This document shows positions 9,699 to 20,878 of a DNA stretch of 64,000 nucleotides, in pieces (positions within the stretch are counted from its first letter, which is position 1; every line of letters starts with the position of its first letter). This DNA is from an uncultured Gemmatimonadaceae bacterium. GTDB taxonomy: Bacteria > Gemmatimonadota > Gemmatimonadetes > Gemmatimonadales > Gemmatimonadaceae. The stretch is taken from assembly GCA_963781585.1 (NCBI GenBank), contig CAWAGQ010000011.1, positions 64,001 to 128,000 on the forward strand, given 5' to 3'. The notes under the pieces were generated by a model that was given only the letters and a program-made list of their open reading frames with translations, searched no databases and was not told the DNA's origin. The position numbers were made by a program, and so were the translations under genes.

Positions 9699-11705
9699 GT
9701 GGCGATTCCGGATTCGCGAACGTCGTTCCCTTCCGAATACCGGTTCCGGGTCACCGAATGGATGCTGGTGTCGGTGGCCCTTCTTGCGCTCGGTGTGACG
9801 CTCCCGGTCGTACCGCGACATTTCCCCACCGATCCGTCGGTGCTGAGCGTGGCCACGGTCGAGGGATTCAGCACGCCGGTCGCGTATCGACTCGCGCTGG
9901 TGTGGTGCCTGGCACTGATTGCCGCCGGCTGGCTGGTGGCGCGCCGCCGTCAGACGCTGGAGCGACAACATGGGATGTCGGCTGGGACGTCACCGGGCGT
10001 GACGACATCGGATCCGCGCCGGCGTCGCGGCCGAGGGGAGTGGGTCGAGCTCGCGGTCGTCGCCCTGTTGACGCTGGTGGCGTTCTGGCCGCCGTTTCTC
10101 GCCATCTCCGCGCCGTACGTGGAAGACAACAACTTCCTGGTGGCGCTGCAGCGGATGCACGCGGGCATGGTGCCGTATCGCGACTTCGAGTACCTGTACG
10201 GCCCGCTGATGCTCGTTCCCGCGTCCTGGTGGATGCACCTGGCGGGCTTCGCGGGCCGCCACTACTACGAATGGCTGGCCGCGCTCGAGGTGCTGGTCGC
10301 GGTGACGGTCGTCCTGCTGGCGCAGCGCTACATCCGCGACCGGGGCACGCGCCTGGTCGCCATCGCCATCCTGCTGGCGTTGCTCGCCAATCCGCTGCTC
10401 GGACTCAACTACAACGGCATCCGCCGGCTGCTTCCCATCGGCGCGCTGCTGCTCCTGAGTCATGGCTTCGATGACACGCGGCGCCGGCTGGGGGCAGCCG
10501 CGCTGATCGGTCTCTCCATCGCATGGTCGCATGAGCAGGGGCTGGCCGCGCTCGTGGCCGCGGGGGCCATCTTCGCCCTCGCGCTGCGCGATCGCGTCGG
10601 GCCGGATCGCGGCCGAGTAATCGCCCACGGCCTCGTCTTCCTCGCTGTCGCGCTCGGCGTGTGGCTGGTGAGCGCGCTGGCCACCCTTGGGCCCGCATTC
10701 GGCGCTTACGTGGGCGAGGTGCGCACCCTGATGGCACGCTTCTCGGCCGGCGAGGCCGGCTTTCCGTTCCGATGGACGCTCAACGCCGCGGCGGTGTTCG
10801 CCCTGGTCGCGCTGGGCGCGGTATGCGTGGGGCGCGGCCTTGCGTGGCGCGCCGAACCCTCGGCCGGCGACCGGTTCGCGTTAGGCGCTCTGGTGGTGGC
10901 GATCGTGTCGCTCAAGAGCGGGCTCACCCGCGCCGACATGTTCCATCTCGACGCGGGATTGCTCGGACTGGCGATGGTCTTCCTCCTCCCCATGCGCGCC
11001 CCGCGACTGGGACCTCCTCCGCTTGTACGCCGCGTGGGGCGGGCGGCGGTGGCGGTGGCCGCCGCGACCTATGCCTTCGGGATGCTTCCCACGGTCAAGG
11101 CCGTGGCCGATGGATGGATCGCCGGCGCGCGCGCCACGCTCTCCGGCACACCCCTACTTCATCTCGCTTTCGTCCCGACAGCGCCCGCGCTGATGCGCGA
11201 GCGCGTCGCCCAGGATTCGGCCACCATGGCCGTCGCCACCTGGCTCGCCGACCCGATCCGCCGCAATCGCCCCGTCCTGTTCGCCGGTCGCCTCTGGAGC
11301 GTGGGGCTCACGGTGGGGGTGTACAAGCGTGATTTCCTCAACGACAAGTTCATCTACGGCGACGAACGCGCGGCGCGGGAGCGAAAATTTCTGGAAGCCA
11401 ACCACGACGTCCTGGTGGTCATCGAACGTGACCTGTACGATCGCATCCGCGCCGATCGCCCCGACACGGCGTTCGCCACCTGGGATGACGAACGGTCGAA
11501 CACCCTCGTGAAACGACTGGCGCAGCGGCTGTCGTCGGTGCATTTCGACGACGTGCTCGTCGAGGACCACATATTCGACCTGAAATGGCAGCGTGCGCTG
11601 GGTGACGACCTGCGCGCGCAATTCGACTCGGTGTGGGGCGTCGATCCGGTGGTCGTACTGCAGCGCCGCTCTCTCCCCACCGGTTCAGCTGCTACGGTTC
11701 CATGA
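9699..11705 (+). CDS. Polytopic membrane protein, probable GT-C-fold glycosyltransferase
   Basis: About 12 or more hydrophobic segments, YVEDN and G.VPYRDFEYLYGP loop motif, soluble C-terminal domain. Start is uncertain (9699 GTG or 9762 ATG). Confidence 0.6.
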   Translation: MAIPDSRTSFPSEYRFRVTEWMLVSVALLALGVTLPVVPRHFPTDPSVLSVATVEGFSTPVAYRLALVWCLALIAAGWLVARRRQTLERQHGMSAGTSPGVTTSDPRRRRGRGEWVELAVVALLTLVAFWPPFLAISAPYVEDNNFLVALQRMHAGMVPYRDFEYLYGPLMLVPASWWMHLAGFAGRHYYEWLAALEVLVAVTVVLLAQRYIRDRGTRLVAIAILLALLANPLLGLNYNGIRRLLPIGALLLLSHGFDDTRRRLGAAALIGLSIAWSHEQGLAALVAAGAIFALALRDRVGPDRGRVIAHGLVFLAVALGVWLVSALATLGPAFGAYVGEVRTLMARFSAGEAGFPFRWTLNAAAVFALVALGAVCVGRGLAWRAEPSAGDRFALGALVVAIVSLKSGLTRADMFHLDAGLLGLAMVFLLPMRAPRLGPPPLVRRVGRAAVAVAAATYAFGMLPTVKAVADGWIAGARATLSGTPLLHLAFVPTAPALMRERVAQDSATMAVATWLADPIRRNRPVLFAGRLWSVGLTVGVYKRDFLNDKFIYGDERAARERKFLEANHDVLVVIERDLYDRIRADRPDTAFATWDDERSNTLVKRLAQRLSSVHFDDVLVEDHIFDLKWQRALGDDLRAQFDSVWGVDPVVVLQRRSLPTGSAATVP

Positions 11706-11766
11706 ACGCCCGGCGCGCAGGGATGGCCGCGAGCGCACCCCGCGAGAATGCGCGGGGGTGGTACCG

Positions 11767-12747
11767 CTAGGACGTCGTCGCGCCGGAGCGTGTCCGCGCG
11801 TCGGCCAGCACGTCGTCGATGATCTGCTGCAGCGACGTGCGCGGCCGGAAGCCGATCAGTTTCTCCAGCTTGCTCACATCAGGTTTCCGCCGCGGCATGT
11901 CCTCGAACCCCTCCGCATACGCCTCGTCGTAGGGAACGTGCACAATCGGCGAGGTGCTCCCGGCCGCGGTGCGCACCCGTTCCGCCAGATCGTTGATGCT
12001 CACCTCTTCGTCGGCGCCGATATTGAACACCTGACCGGCCGCCTTCGGCTCGGCGATGAGTCGGACCACCGCCTCCACCGCGTCGCGCACGTGGCCAAAG
12101 CAGCGGGTCTGCTCGCCCGAGCCGAACACGGTGATCGGTTCGTTCGCCACCGCCTGCGCCGCGAAGCGCGGCAGTACCATGCCGTAGCGGCCGGTCTGGC
12201 GAGGGCCCACCGTGTTGAAGAATCGGGCGATCACGACAGGCAGGTGCTTCTCGCGCGCGTACGCCAGCGCCAGCCACTCGTCGAGTGCCTTCGAGCACGC
12301 GTAGGCCCAGCGGGAGTGATGGGTCGGACCCAGCACCAGGTCGGCGGTCTCACGGAACGGCGTGTCGGTGCTCTTGCCATAGACTTCCGACGTGGATGCG
12401 ATAAGGACCGTCTTGCCCTTGCGCGCCACCGCATTCAGGACCACCTCGGTCCCATGCACGTTGGTCTCGATCGTGTGTACCGGCTGCTCCACGATCAGCC
12501 GCACGCCCACCGCGGCCGCCAGGTGCACCGTCACGTCGCAGCGGTCCACCAGCTCGCTCACCAGCGGCCCGTCCATCACCGAGCCGATGCGATACTCGAA
12601 TCCCGGATTCCCGATGAGGTGCTCGATGTTGGACATCGACCCCGTCGACAGGTCATCGAGCACCAGCACACGCGCCGAGCCGCTCAGCAGCCGTTCGGCC
12701 AGATGCGAACCGATGAAGCCGGCGCCGCCCGTAATCAGCACCTTCAT
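11767..12747 (-). CDS. NDP-sugar epimerase/dehydratase (extended SDR)
   Basis: MKVLITGGAGFIGSH, HLAAAVGV, STSEVYG, YACSK, RFFNTVGPRQ. Confidence 0.9.
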   Translation of the reverse strand: MKVLITGGAGFIGSHLAERLLSGSARVLVLDDLSTGSMSNIEHLIGNPGFEYRIGSVMDGPLVSELVDRCDVTVHLAAAVGVRLIVEQPVHTIETNVHGTEVVLNAVARKGKTVLIASTSEVYGKSTDTPFRETADLVLGPTHHSRWAYACSKALDEWLALAYAREKHLPVVIARFFNTVGPRQTGRYGMVLPRFAAQAVANEPITVFGSGEQTRCFGHVRDAVEAVVRLIAEPKAAGQVFNIGADEEVSINDLAERVRTAAGSTSPIVHVPYDEAYAEGFEDMPRRKPDVSKLEKLIGFRPRTSLQQIIDDVLADARTRSGATTS

Positions 12748-14026
12748 GCGGCACCCTCCATGGTCAAGGCCTCCACGACTCGCGTGTGTCCGCTGCGCTC
12801 CGCCGCACTCCGCATGACCTCCAGGTAGCGTGGCACCACGGCATCCTCCGTCCAGTATTGCTCGAACCCCTGTCGTGCCTTCTGGCTCAGCGTCGAACGC
12901 AGCGCCGCATCGCCCTGCAACCGGGCTATCGCGGCCAGCAATTCGTCCGGTCCACTGAACAGCAGACCCGCTCCCGCCGTGTTGACGATCTCCGGAAACG
13001 GTCCGATACGTCGGGCGATCACTGGCGTTCCCTCCCGGAAGGCCTCGATCAGGATAATGCCGAACGTCTCGTACCCGCTGGACGGGACGATCAATGCGAC
13101 CGCCTGCTCGTAGAGGACCTTCTGAGCTCCGCCCACGGAACGCGACCGAGAAAATGGATGTTGGGTGCGCCGTCCGCGAGCCGGCGAAGGGCTTCACCAT
13201 GCTCGCCATCTCCCGCGATGACCAGATCCGCCTCGGGATATCGACGGAATACCGGGATCACATCGTCGAGTCCCTTGATCCGTTCCAGCCTGCCGACGAA
13301 GAGGAAGTAGGGACGCTCACGCCTTCCCGCGCCGCCACCGCCGTCGAGAGTCGGCCCGGTCGCTGCCTCGGCTTCGCGAGGCAGGAAGTAGGGGACGACT
13401 TCCATCTCACGCGTGAATCCGAACTCGCGATGCTTCTCGCGACTGAATTCGCTCTTCGCGATGAAGGCATGCACGTGCGCGAGATTCCGCTGGAGCAGTC
13501 CCGTGTATCGCCAGAGCTGCGGCGGGCGCCGGAAGTGCAGCGCGCAGCGCACGCATTCGCGTCCCGTGCAGGGCTCGCGGTTGTGTCTCCACAGCACGTG
13601 CATCGGGCAGACCAGCCAATGCTCGTGCGCTTCGTACAGACACACTCCCCGCCCATACGCCAGCAGCGCCGGCCCGCCCACCAGCGAGATGTTGTGGAAG
13701 AACGTGACGTCGAACCGGCCTTCGTCGACGATGCTGTCGAATGCGTCGCTGATTCAGGAGGGGCCGACCGAGCTGCTGGGTGGCGAGCGGTGAGAGCACG
13801 CCGAGTCCACTGCGGAGTCGGAAGACGCGCACGTTGTCGGACTCCGGCGTTTCCGCCGGTTGCGGGCCATGGTGCAGCGCGTTGTACGCATCCATGTCGT
13901 GAACGACCGTGACTGGTGTCCACGCCGTCCGAGCGCATGCGCCAGTCGCTGGATCGCAATGCCGTCGCCGCCGAAGTTGTTCGGCGGATAGAACGTGGTG
14001 AACATGCAGATACGCAGTGCGCTCAT
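12744..14026 (-). pseudogene. GT4 glycosyltransferase split over several frames (assembly indels or pseudogene)
   Basis: Consecutive pieces in different frames: MSALRICMFTTFYPP / VTVVHDMDAY / HEHWLVCP..FVGRLERIKG / PSSGYETFGIILIEAF. Confidence 0.75.
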
Positions 14027-14413
14027 GAGGCTCGTTGGAGGCCCGGGGGCCGCCGATCCGCGGAACCATAGCAATGCGGGTGCAATCATCGGACCGGTGG
14101 CGGCATCAGGCAATGCGAATGAACCTGTGCGACCGCGCTCCGGTCGCAAGGGCTCTCGCATGCCTGGCATCTGAGGTGTCCCAGAGGGTTAGGCTGCCGC
14201 ATCAGCCCGGCGGCGACCGGCCCCGTCCTCCTCAGACGCCGAAATGGCGCGCCCGTTTCGCCGCGGAGGGCGCCCGGGGGCCGCAATTCTTGCCAACACC
14301 CGGAATGAAGGTCAGACTCGAATTTCGCGAACGGGCCAGACGAATTTTGGGGGCTGGTCCCGCCCGCGAACGATCCTCAGCCGGAAATGACACGACTTGC
14401 ACGGAGTACTTCA

Positions 14414-15439
14414 ATGCGCCGCATGCTGCTTCTGCTCTCGACCTGCTTTGCCTCGACAGCGTTCGCCCAATCGTCGGCGACCTATCACGTCGCGCGCACC
14501 TTCCCGGTTGGCGGTGACGGCAGCTGGGATTACGTGATTCCCGATGCGCCTAACCATCGTGTGTTCATCGGACGCCAGAATCGCGTGATAGTGGTGGACG
14601 AGAACGATGGCAAGCTCCTGGGCGAGGTCACCGGGATCAACGGCGCGCACGGGGTGGCGATCGCGGCCGGGAGCGGCCACGGATTCGCAACGTCGGGGAA
14701 CGACAGCGCGGTGGTGATGTTCGACCTCAGGACCTTCAAGGCGCTCGGCCGCATCCCGGCGGCCGAGGATGCCGACGCCATCATCTTCGATCCCGTATCG
14801 AACCGCGTGTTCACGTTCAACGGTGACGCACACTCGTCTACGGTGATCGATCCTGTCGCTGGCAAGTTGATCACCAACATTCCACTAGGCGGCAAGCCGG
14901 AGTACGGACAACCGGCCGGCGACGGCATGGTGTACGCGAATCTCACCGACACGAGCGAAGTGGTGGAGATCGACGCGAAGAATCTGCGGGTGACGCGCCG
15001 CTGGTCCACGGCGCCCTGCCGCCAGCCGGTGTCGATGGGCATCGATGTGAAGAACCATCGCTTGTTCAGCGGATGCCGGAGTGGCGTGATGGCCATCTCC
15101 GACTACCAGGCGGGCAAGGTGATCACGACGCTGCCCATCGGCGCCGGCGTCGATGGTGCGGCCTACGATCCGGCGACCGGCGATGCGTTCGCGTCGAATG
15201 CCGACGGCACGCTGACCGTGGTTCACCAGGACTCGCCTGACGCGTATCACGTGGTCGAGACGGTCCAGACGGCGCAGGGATCACGGAACCTGGGGCTCGA
15301 TCCGGCCACGCACCGGCTGTACCTGCCTGGCGCGAAGTTCGGCCCAGCTCCGGCTCAGGCCACGGCTGGGAATCCGCGGCGCCGCGCGCCGATGGTGCCG
15401 GGGTCGTTCGTGCTGATGGTGGTGGAGCGGTCGCGCTGA
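14414..15439 (+). CDS. Secreted YncE/YVTN-like beta-propeller
   Basis: Signal peptide, GGDGSWDY, GAHGVA and repeated DP...R.F blades; GGAG upstream. Confidence 0.8.
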   Translation: MRRMLLLLSTCFASTAFAQSSATYHVARTFPVGGDGSWDYVIPDAPNHRVFIGRQNRVIVVDENDGKLLGEVTGINGAHGVAIAAGSGHGFATSGNDSAVVMFDLRTFKALGRIPAAEDADAIIFDPVSNRVFTFNGDAHSSTVIDPVAGKLITNIPLGGKPEYGQPAGDGMVYANLTDTSEVVEIDAKNLRVTRRWSTAPCRQPVSMGIDVKNHRLFSGCRSGVMAISDYQAGKVITTLPIGAGVDGAAYDPATGDAFASNADGTLTVVHQDSPDAYHVVETVQTAQGSRNLGLDPATHRLYLPGAKFGPAPAQATAGNPRRRAPMVPGSFVLMVVERSR

Positions 15440-15634
15440 GCCGGAGGGTGGAATAAGGGGATACCTCTTCTCGGGCCCCCAGCCCTGGTCGTCGTGTGAA
15501 CTCTTCGACGGATGTGCTTGCTCGTTGCCTGCGCGGCGGTCAATACTCGCCGGAGCGGAGGCATCACCCATGTCCGCGATCAGCCACGCATCAACGGCGC
15601 AGGTACTCCACCGTCGCTCCGGGAGCGCATCCCG

Positions 15635-15841
15635 ATGATGGTCATCGCCCGCAGTCCCCTGACCCCTGCGGGGCGGGCGGTGGCTGTGTTCCTCGGCGTG
15701 GTCTGCGTTGCCGCAGGAGGCTTCGGTCTCGGGCTCGGTGTGGCGCGCCACAGCCTGCTGCTCGCGGTGCCCGGTGTCGGCGTACTGGCGATCGGCGTGC
15801 TCTACGCGGGTGCGGCATGGCGCGGGCGTCCCTGGCGCTGA
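15635..15841 (+). CDS. Small membrane protein
   Basis: Two hydrophobic helices; GGAG upstream. Start is uncertain. Confidence 0.4.
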   Translation: MMVIARSPLTPAGRAVAVFLGVVCVAAGGFGLGLGVARHSLLLAVPGVGVLAIGVLYAGAAWRGRPWR

Positions 15842-15940
15842 GGCGGGGCGTGGTGGGGAGACCACGGTGCTCCCGTCTCGACATGAACCCGGGCCAGGAC
15901 CGGACTGGCGCGTCCGTCCGTCCGGTGCGAAGCTCACAGG

Positions 15941-17171
15941 ATGCCACACCGGCTCGAGCCCGTGCGCTCGCACCCCGGGCACGTTAGGCAGCTCATCACC
16001 AAAGCTGGGACCGCCTGCGCGCGCGCCGGATTGATCCTCCTTCTCCTGGCAACCGCCCACCACGCGGATGCCCAGGGACAACCGCGCAACGCGCCGCCAA
16101 TGCTTCGCCCCATCGACAGCGTGCGCATCGCCGAGAACGATACCCTGTTGCTGGCGCGCCCCAACCGGATCGTCGTCGGCCCGCAGGGCCACTACTTCAT
16201 CTCCGACGGCGGCGAGGCGCGGGTGCTCGAGATCGCACCGTCGGGCGCCATCGTGCGAACCTTCGGGCGCCGCGGACACGGCCCAGGCGAATTCGAGGTA
16301 CCGGGGTTTCTCGCCCTCGGCGGCGACTCGTTGCTGGCGGTGATGGAAGTCGGGCCAGCGACGCGTGATCGAATTCGACCTGCGCACCGGGACATACAAG
16401 GGGAGCTACTCGCTGATCGGCTGGAGCCCCAGCTTTCGCGTGCGCGGACCCAGGATGCTCGCCGGGGTGCTCGAGCCGGACTCGGGGACAGCGCTGGTCG
16501 TGCTGTCGGCGACCGGCGATCGCGTGGGCGCCGAGGGCGTCATCCCCGCGATCGTGCGGACGCATCCCATGCTGCTGGGGGGCTTCGGCGCCGTCACGTT
16601 CACCGAGACGGACCAGGACGTGTATGCGGTCTTCGAGGTGTCGCAGTCGCTGTACCACTGGAAGCGCGGTGCACGAGACGGCGAAGAGATCCCGATCCCC
16701 GCGGTACGGCGAAAGGGCGTGCGCCAATCGCTCTTCGAGGAGCTGCTGCGCGACCCATCCAGGGCGCCGTCACTGGCCTTCGACCGATCGCTTCCGGTGC
16801 TGCTCTCCGTGATGGCGCCGCACGTGCTCGTCCTGGGCACGATGGACGGCGAGTTCGACGGGAAGACCTTCGTCGGCACCTATTCGGTGACGGTGATCGA
16901 TCTCGAGCACCGGCGGGTGTGTCCCGATCTGGAAGTGCCGGCGCCGCGCGATCCGCTCCCGCGCATCGCCGTCCAGGGCGACACGGTCGCGGTGGTGCAG
17001 CAGGGAGTAGATTCATCGGGCCAGCAGGTTGCAGCCATCCGGCGGTTCCGGATCCGCACCGACGGGTGCGACTGGAAGCCGCTTCCGCCGGCGCAGCCCG
17101 TCAGGGCGGACTTCACCACCGTTGCCGGAGACGAGAGAACGCTTTCGGCCTGGGTTCGGGCTACCCGGTAG
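15941..17171 (+). pseudogene. Secreted 6-bladed beta-propeller with one frameshift near 16355-16365
   Basis: Signal-like segment and FGRRGHGPGEF in one frame, continuing as IEFDLRTG... in the next frame. Confidence 0.6.
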
Positions 17172-17229
17172 ACACGAGGCAGCGATCGAACCCTCCGTGC
17201 GCACCATACCCAGCGATCGCACGCGCACG

Positions 17230-17487
17230 ATGCGCGCGCTGCTCGCCGCCTTCGTCACCGGTGCGGCGGTCTATCTGCTGGTCGCCCGTGCCGCGCTCCC
17301 GTACGTGTCCACGCACCTGACGGGGGACCAGATCCAGTGGCTGCGCGACGCGCTCACCCACCACCCCGTTCTGGTGATGGTCACCGTGGTGCTGATCAGC
17401 ATGGTGCTGGCGTTCCCGGTGCTCGCGGTGTTCATGTGGATCTACGGCCCGCTGCGCCGGACCGATGGTGCAGACGCCGGAGACTGA
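17230..17487 (+). CDS. Small two-TM membrane protein
   Basis: MRALLAAFVTGAAVYLLV plus a second hydrophobic helix. Confidence 0.5.
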   Translation: MRALLAAFVTGAAVYLLVARAALPYVSTHLTGDQIQWLRDALTHHPVLVMVTVVLISMVLAFPVLAVFMWIYGPLRRTDGADAGD

Positions 17488-17547
17488 TGCTGAGTCATCC
17501 GCCAGCCGGCGGCGGCCAGATGGAAACCGCCCCGGTCGGTCCCGCCG

Positions 17548-18903
17548 TCAGATCGCCCCGACGCGCCAGAGGACATACACCATCGCCATCGCCGTCACGC
17601 CGTTCACCAGCGTCACTCCGCCGTACGAGAAGAGCGCCGACCGCAAGGGCATCCGCGACAGCGACGTGCACACCCAGAAGTAGCTCGAGTTCACGTATTT
17701 CACGATGATCGACCCGGCGGCGCCGGCCAGCATCGTCGCCTCGGGACTCAGACCTAACGTGGGCATCATCGGTGCCGCGATCGACGCGGCGGTGATCACC
17801 CCCACGGTCGTCGAGCCGGTGATCATGTTCCCCACCACGCCCAGCACGAACGGCAGGAAGATCGCCGGCAGACCGGTGGACGCCATACCGCGCGCGATTG
17901 CGTCCACCGCGGGGGTTTCCCGCAGAATCTGACTCAGTGAGCCGCCCAGCCCGGTGACCATGATGATCATCGCCGAGGTGCGCAGCGCGTTCTCCACCCA
18001 CTCGCCGGTGCGGAGCTCCGCCTGCGCGCGATGCGTATTGCGGTACGCGAGCAGCACGCCGATCGACAGCGCCACCACCGGCCAGCCGAGGTAAAGCATC
18101 GCGCGGTTCACGAGGTGGCCGGGCGGCAGCGCGAAGGCCGCCACGCTCTGGCCCGCGATGAGCGCGAGCGGAATCAGAATGGGGGCATAGGCCCGCCAGG
18201 TCGTCGGCAGGTCGGCCTCGCGCCCGCGTTCCACGAACGACTGGCCGACGAACTCCGGCGACGGTGGCGAGGGCAGTCGCGGTCCAACGACAAGCGCGTA
18301 CGCCCAACCCGCCAGCGCTGACACGAACGTGATCAGGGAGCCATACAGAATCACCCGTCCGATGTCCGCGTGCACGAGCGCGACGGCGGCGAGCGGACCC
18401 GGTGTGGGCGGCACCATCGCGTGCGTGAGCTGCATGGCGCCCACGAGACCGGTGGCCATGACGCTCATGTTCACACCCGTGCCGATCGCCGCCGAGTGCA
18501 CCAGCGGATTCAGGATCACGTATCCGACGTCGGAGAAAATTGCGATGCCGATCACGTAGCCCGACAGCGTCAGCGCGAGCGGCATGTGCCTGGGCCCCAC
18601 CAGCTGGATCATCGACCGCGTTATGCGTTCGATTCCTCCCGTGTGCTTGAGCGCCTCGGCCAGCACCGAGCCCAGGACGATCACCACCGCGATGCTCTGC
18701 ACGGTCTTGCCGAAACCGGTTTCGAAGGCATCGATGAACGTCCGGCGGTCGATGCCGGGAATGAGGGCGAAGAGCAGGATGGGCGCGAGCAGCCCGAGGA
18801 AGACGTGCCAGCGCCACCGCGTGATCGCGAGAAAGAGGAACGCGATGATGCCGATCAGGCCGGCGACGGCCACCAGCGTGCTGTCGGTGATCTGCGGAGC
18901 CAT
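17548..18903 (-). CDS. GntP-family permease
   Basis: GFGKT, IAIFSDVGYVILNPL, THAMVPPTPGPLAA, GSTTVG, VNSSYFW. An alternative start is GTG at 18927. Confidence 0.85.
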   Translation of the reverse strand: MAPQITDSTLVAVAGLIGIIAFLFLAITRWRWHVFLGLLAPILLFALIPGIDRRTFIDAFETGFGKTVQSIAVVIVLGSVLAEALKHTGGIERITRSMIQLVGPRHMPLALTLSGYVIGIAIFSDVGYVILNPLVHSAAIGTGVNMSVMATGLVGAMQLTHAMVPPTPGPLAAVALVHADIGRVILYGSLITFVSALAGWAYALVVGPRLPSPPSPEFVGQSFVERGREADLPTTWRAYAPILIPLALIAGQSVAAFALPPGHLVNRAMLYLGWPVVALSIGVLLAYRNTHRAQAELRTGEWVENALRTSAMIIMVTGLGGSLSQILRETPAVDAIARGMASTGLPAIFLPFVLGVVGNMITGSTTVGVITAASIAAPMMPTLGLSPEATMLAGAAGSIIVKYVNSSYFWVCTSLSRMPLRSALFSYGGVTLVNGVTAMAMVYVLWRVGAI

Positions 18904-18923
18904 GATCAGCGGCGCCGGGTGGG

Positions 18924-19703
18924 TCACATTCCCTTGAAGCGCGGGGCGCGTTTCTCCAGGAACGCGGCGACCCCCTCGGCGAAGTCGCTGCTCCCGTATG
19001 CCGCGCGAATCAGGTCGGCGTCGTCGGTGGCGCCAGGGGCCGATACCACGCGACGCACCGCTTCCTTCATGACGCGGAGAGTGATCGGAGCCAGGTGCGT
19101 GAGGCGCTCGACCAGTTCTTCCACGCGCGCGTCGAGATCCGCGACCCCGACGATCTCGTGCACGAATCCAGCCGCCCGCGCTTCCCCGGCCCCCAGCGTG
19201 CCGGCCAGCATCAGCAGACCCTTGACCCGGGAGGGGCCGAAATGCGTCACCAGGCGCGCGTGACTCGCCGTGGAGAGCGTGTTGCCCACCGTCCGCGCAA
19301 TCGGCGCGCCGAATCGCGCGTCCGGGGTGCACACGCGCACGTCACAGACTGCCGCGAGCACCAACCCCGCTCCCATCGCATCGCCTTCGACCACCGCCAG
19401 GGTGGGAAGGGGCAGGCGTTCCAGGCGCGCGACCACCGCTTCGAGGCGACGCTCGTAGGCCAGGCCGTCGTCGCCTGACGAGATGTCCCGGAGCTGCGCG
19501 ATGTCGGTGCCGGCGATGAACGTGCCGCCGGCTCCACGCAACACCGCCAGTCGAAGGTCGGCCAGGCTTTCCACGCGTTCGAGCGCGGCCGCGAGCTGGT
19601 CGTACATCGCCCAGGTCATCGCGTTGCGGGCGGCCGGGCGGTCGACCGTTATGAACGCGGTCGGCCCGCGCAGATCGAGTCGCACGTCGCCCGGCGCGCT
19701 CAC
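18924..19703 (-). CDS. Enoyl-CoA hydratase/isomerase family
   Basis: DRPAARNAMT, FIAGTDI, ARFGAPIARTVGN, DFAEGVAAFLEKRAP. Confidence 0.9.
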   Translation of the reverse strand: MSAPGDVRLDLRGPTAFITVDRPAARNAMTWAMYDQLAAALERVESLADLRLAVLRGAGGTFIAGTDIAQLRDISSGDDGLAYERRLEAVVARLERLPLPTLAVVEGDAMGAGLVLAAVCDVRVCTPDARFGAPIARTVGNTLSTASHARLVTHFGPSRVKGLLMLAGTLGAGEARAAGFVHEIVGVADLDARVEELVERLTHLAPITLRVMKEAVRRVVSAPGATDDADLIRAAYGSSDFAEGVAAFLEKRAPRFKGM

Positions 19704-20878
19704 CGCGGCGCCTTCCCGGCGACGCCCATGCCTAACGGCCCCAGAACCTCATCGGTATGCTCGCCGAGCAATGGCGGCGGGCGACGGACGGTGGGCGGCG
19801 TGTCGCTCAGCTTGATCGGGAAGCCGAGCGTGCGAATCGTGCCTTCCACCGGATGCTCGATCGTCTCGGTCATGTGCCGCGCCGCCGTGTGCGGATCCGC
19901 GAAGACCTGCGCATAGTCGTTGATCGGGCCGGCGGGGACCGCGGCCGCGAGCAGCCGCGTCACCCAGGCCGCCACGTCGCCATCCGCCAGCGCCGACTCG
20001 ATCTCCCCGGCCAGCGCGCTCACGTTCGCCAGGCGCGCCTCGTTGGTCGCGAACCGAGGGTCGCTCGTCAGGCGTTCGCGCCCGATCACCTGGCAGAGCG
20101 AGCGCCACTGTGCCGTGGTGAGGGCCGCGATGGTCAGGTGACCGTCGCGCGCGCGGAAGGCCTGATAGGGCGCGCTCAATCGATGCGCGGAACCGAGCGC
20201 ACGGGGCGCCTGGTCCGTAGCCCAGTACTCCGTGGTCTCCCACGCCGAGAGCGCCAGCGCCGACTCGAACAGCGACGTTTCGACGTGCTGTCCCGTTCCG
20301 GTGCGTTCGCGCGCGATGAGCGCAGCCATGATGCCGTTGGCCGCATAGAGTCCGGCGGCGAGATCGGCGATCGGCACGCCGCACTTCACCGGCGGTCCGC
20401 CCGGCTCGCCCGTGACGCTCATGACGCCCGACATCCCCTGCGCGATGAGATCGAAGCCCGGGCGGTCGGCGTAGGGTCCCGTCTGTCCAAATCCGGAGAT
20501 GCTGGCATAGACGAGTCGCGGATTGAGCGCCGACAGCGCCGCGTGGTCGGCGCCGAGTCGCGCCATCACACCCGGACGGAAGTTCTCCACCAGCACATCC
20601 GCATCGCGCACGAGCCGGCGCAGCGCATCGAGACCGTCGGGCGACTTGAGGTCGAGCGTCACGCTGCGCTTGTTGCGGTTGAGCGCGAGAAACGGAGCGT
20701 TGTCGCCGCCGCGCAAGCGGAGCGCGGTCCCGCCGAGGGAGCGCGACAGGTCGCCGCGCCCGGGTGGTTCGATCTTGATGACGTCAGCGCCCAGGTCGCC
20801 CAGGAGCATGGTGCAGAACGGGCCGGCCATGACCTGAGTGAGGTCGATGACGCGTACGCCATCGAGGGGCGCTGTCAC
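19700..20878 (-). CDS. CaiB/BaiF family III CoA-transferase
   Basis: PLDGVRVIDLTQVMAGP, GADVIKIEPP, NRNKRS, ENFRPG, SISGFGQTGP. Confidence 0.92.
   Translation of the reverse strand: MTAPLDGVRVIDLTQVMAGPFCTMLLGDLGADVIKIEPPGRGDLSRSLGGTALRLRGGDNAPFLALNRNKRSVTLDLKSPDGLDALRRLVRDADVLVENFRPGVMARLGADHAALSALNPRLVYASISGFGQTGPYADRPGFDLIAQGMSGVMSVTGEPGGPPVKCGVPIADLAAGLYAANGIMAALIARERTGTGQHVETSLFESALALSAWETTEYWATDQAPRALGSAHRLSAPYQAFRARDGHLTIAALTTAQWRSLCQVIGRERLTSDPRFATNEARLANVSALAGEIESALADGDVAAWVTRLLAAAVPAGPINDYAQVFADPHTAARHMTETIEHPVEGTIRTLGFPIKLSDTPPTVRRPPPLLGEHTDEVLGPLGMGVAGKAPR

Noticed and set aside
12744..14026. Programmed frameshifting or phase variation in the GT4 gene
   Set aside because: Several scattered single-base shifts with no slippery tract; assembly indels are more likely, pending a read check.
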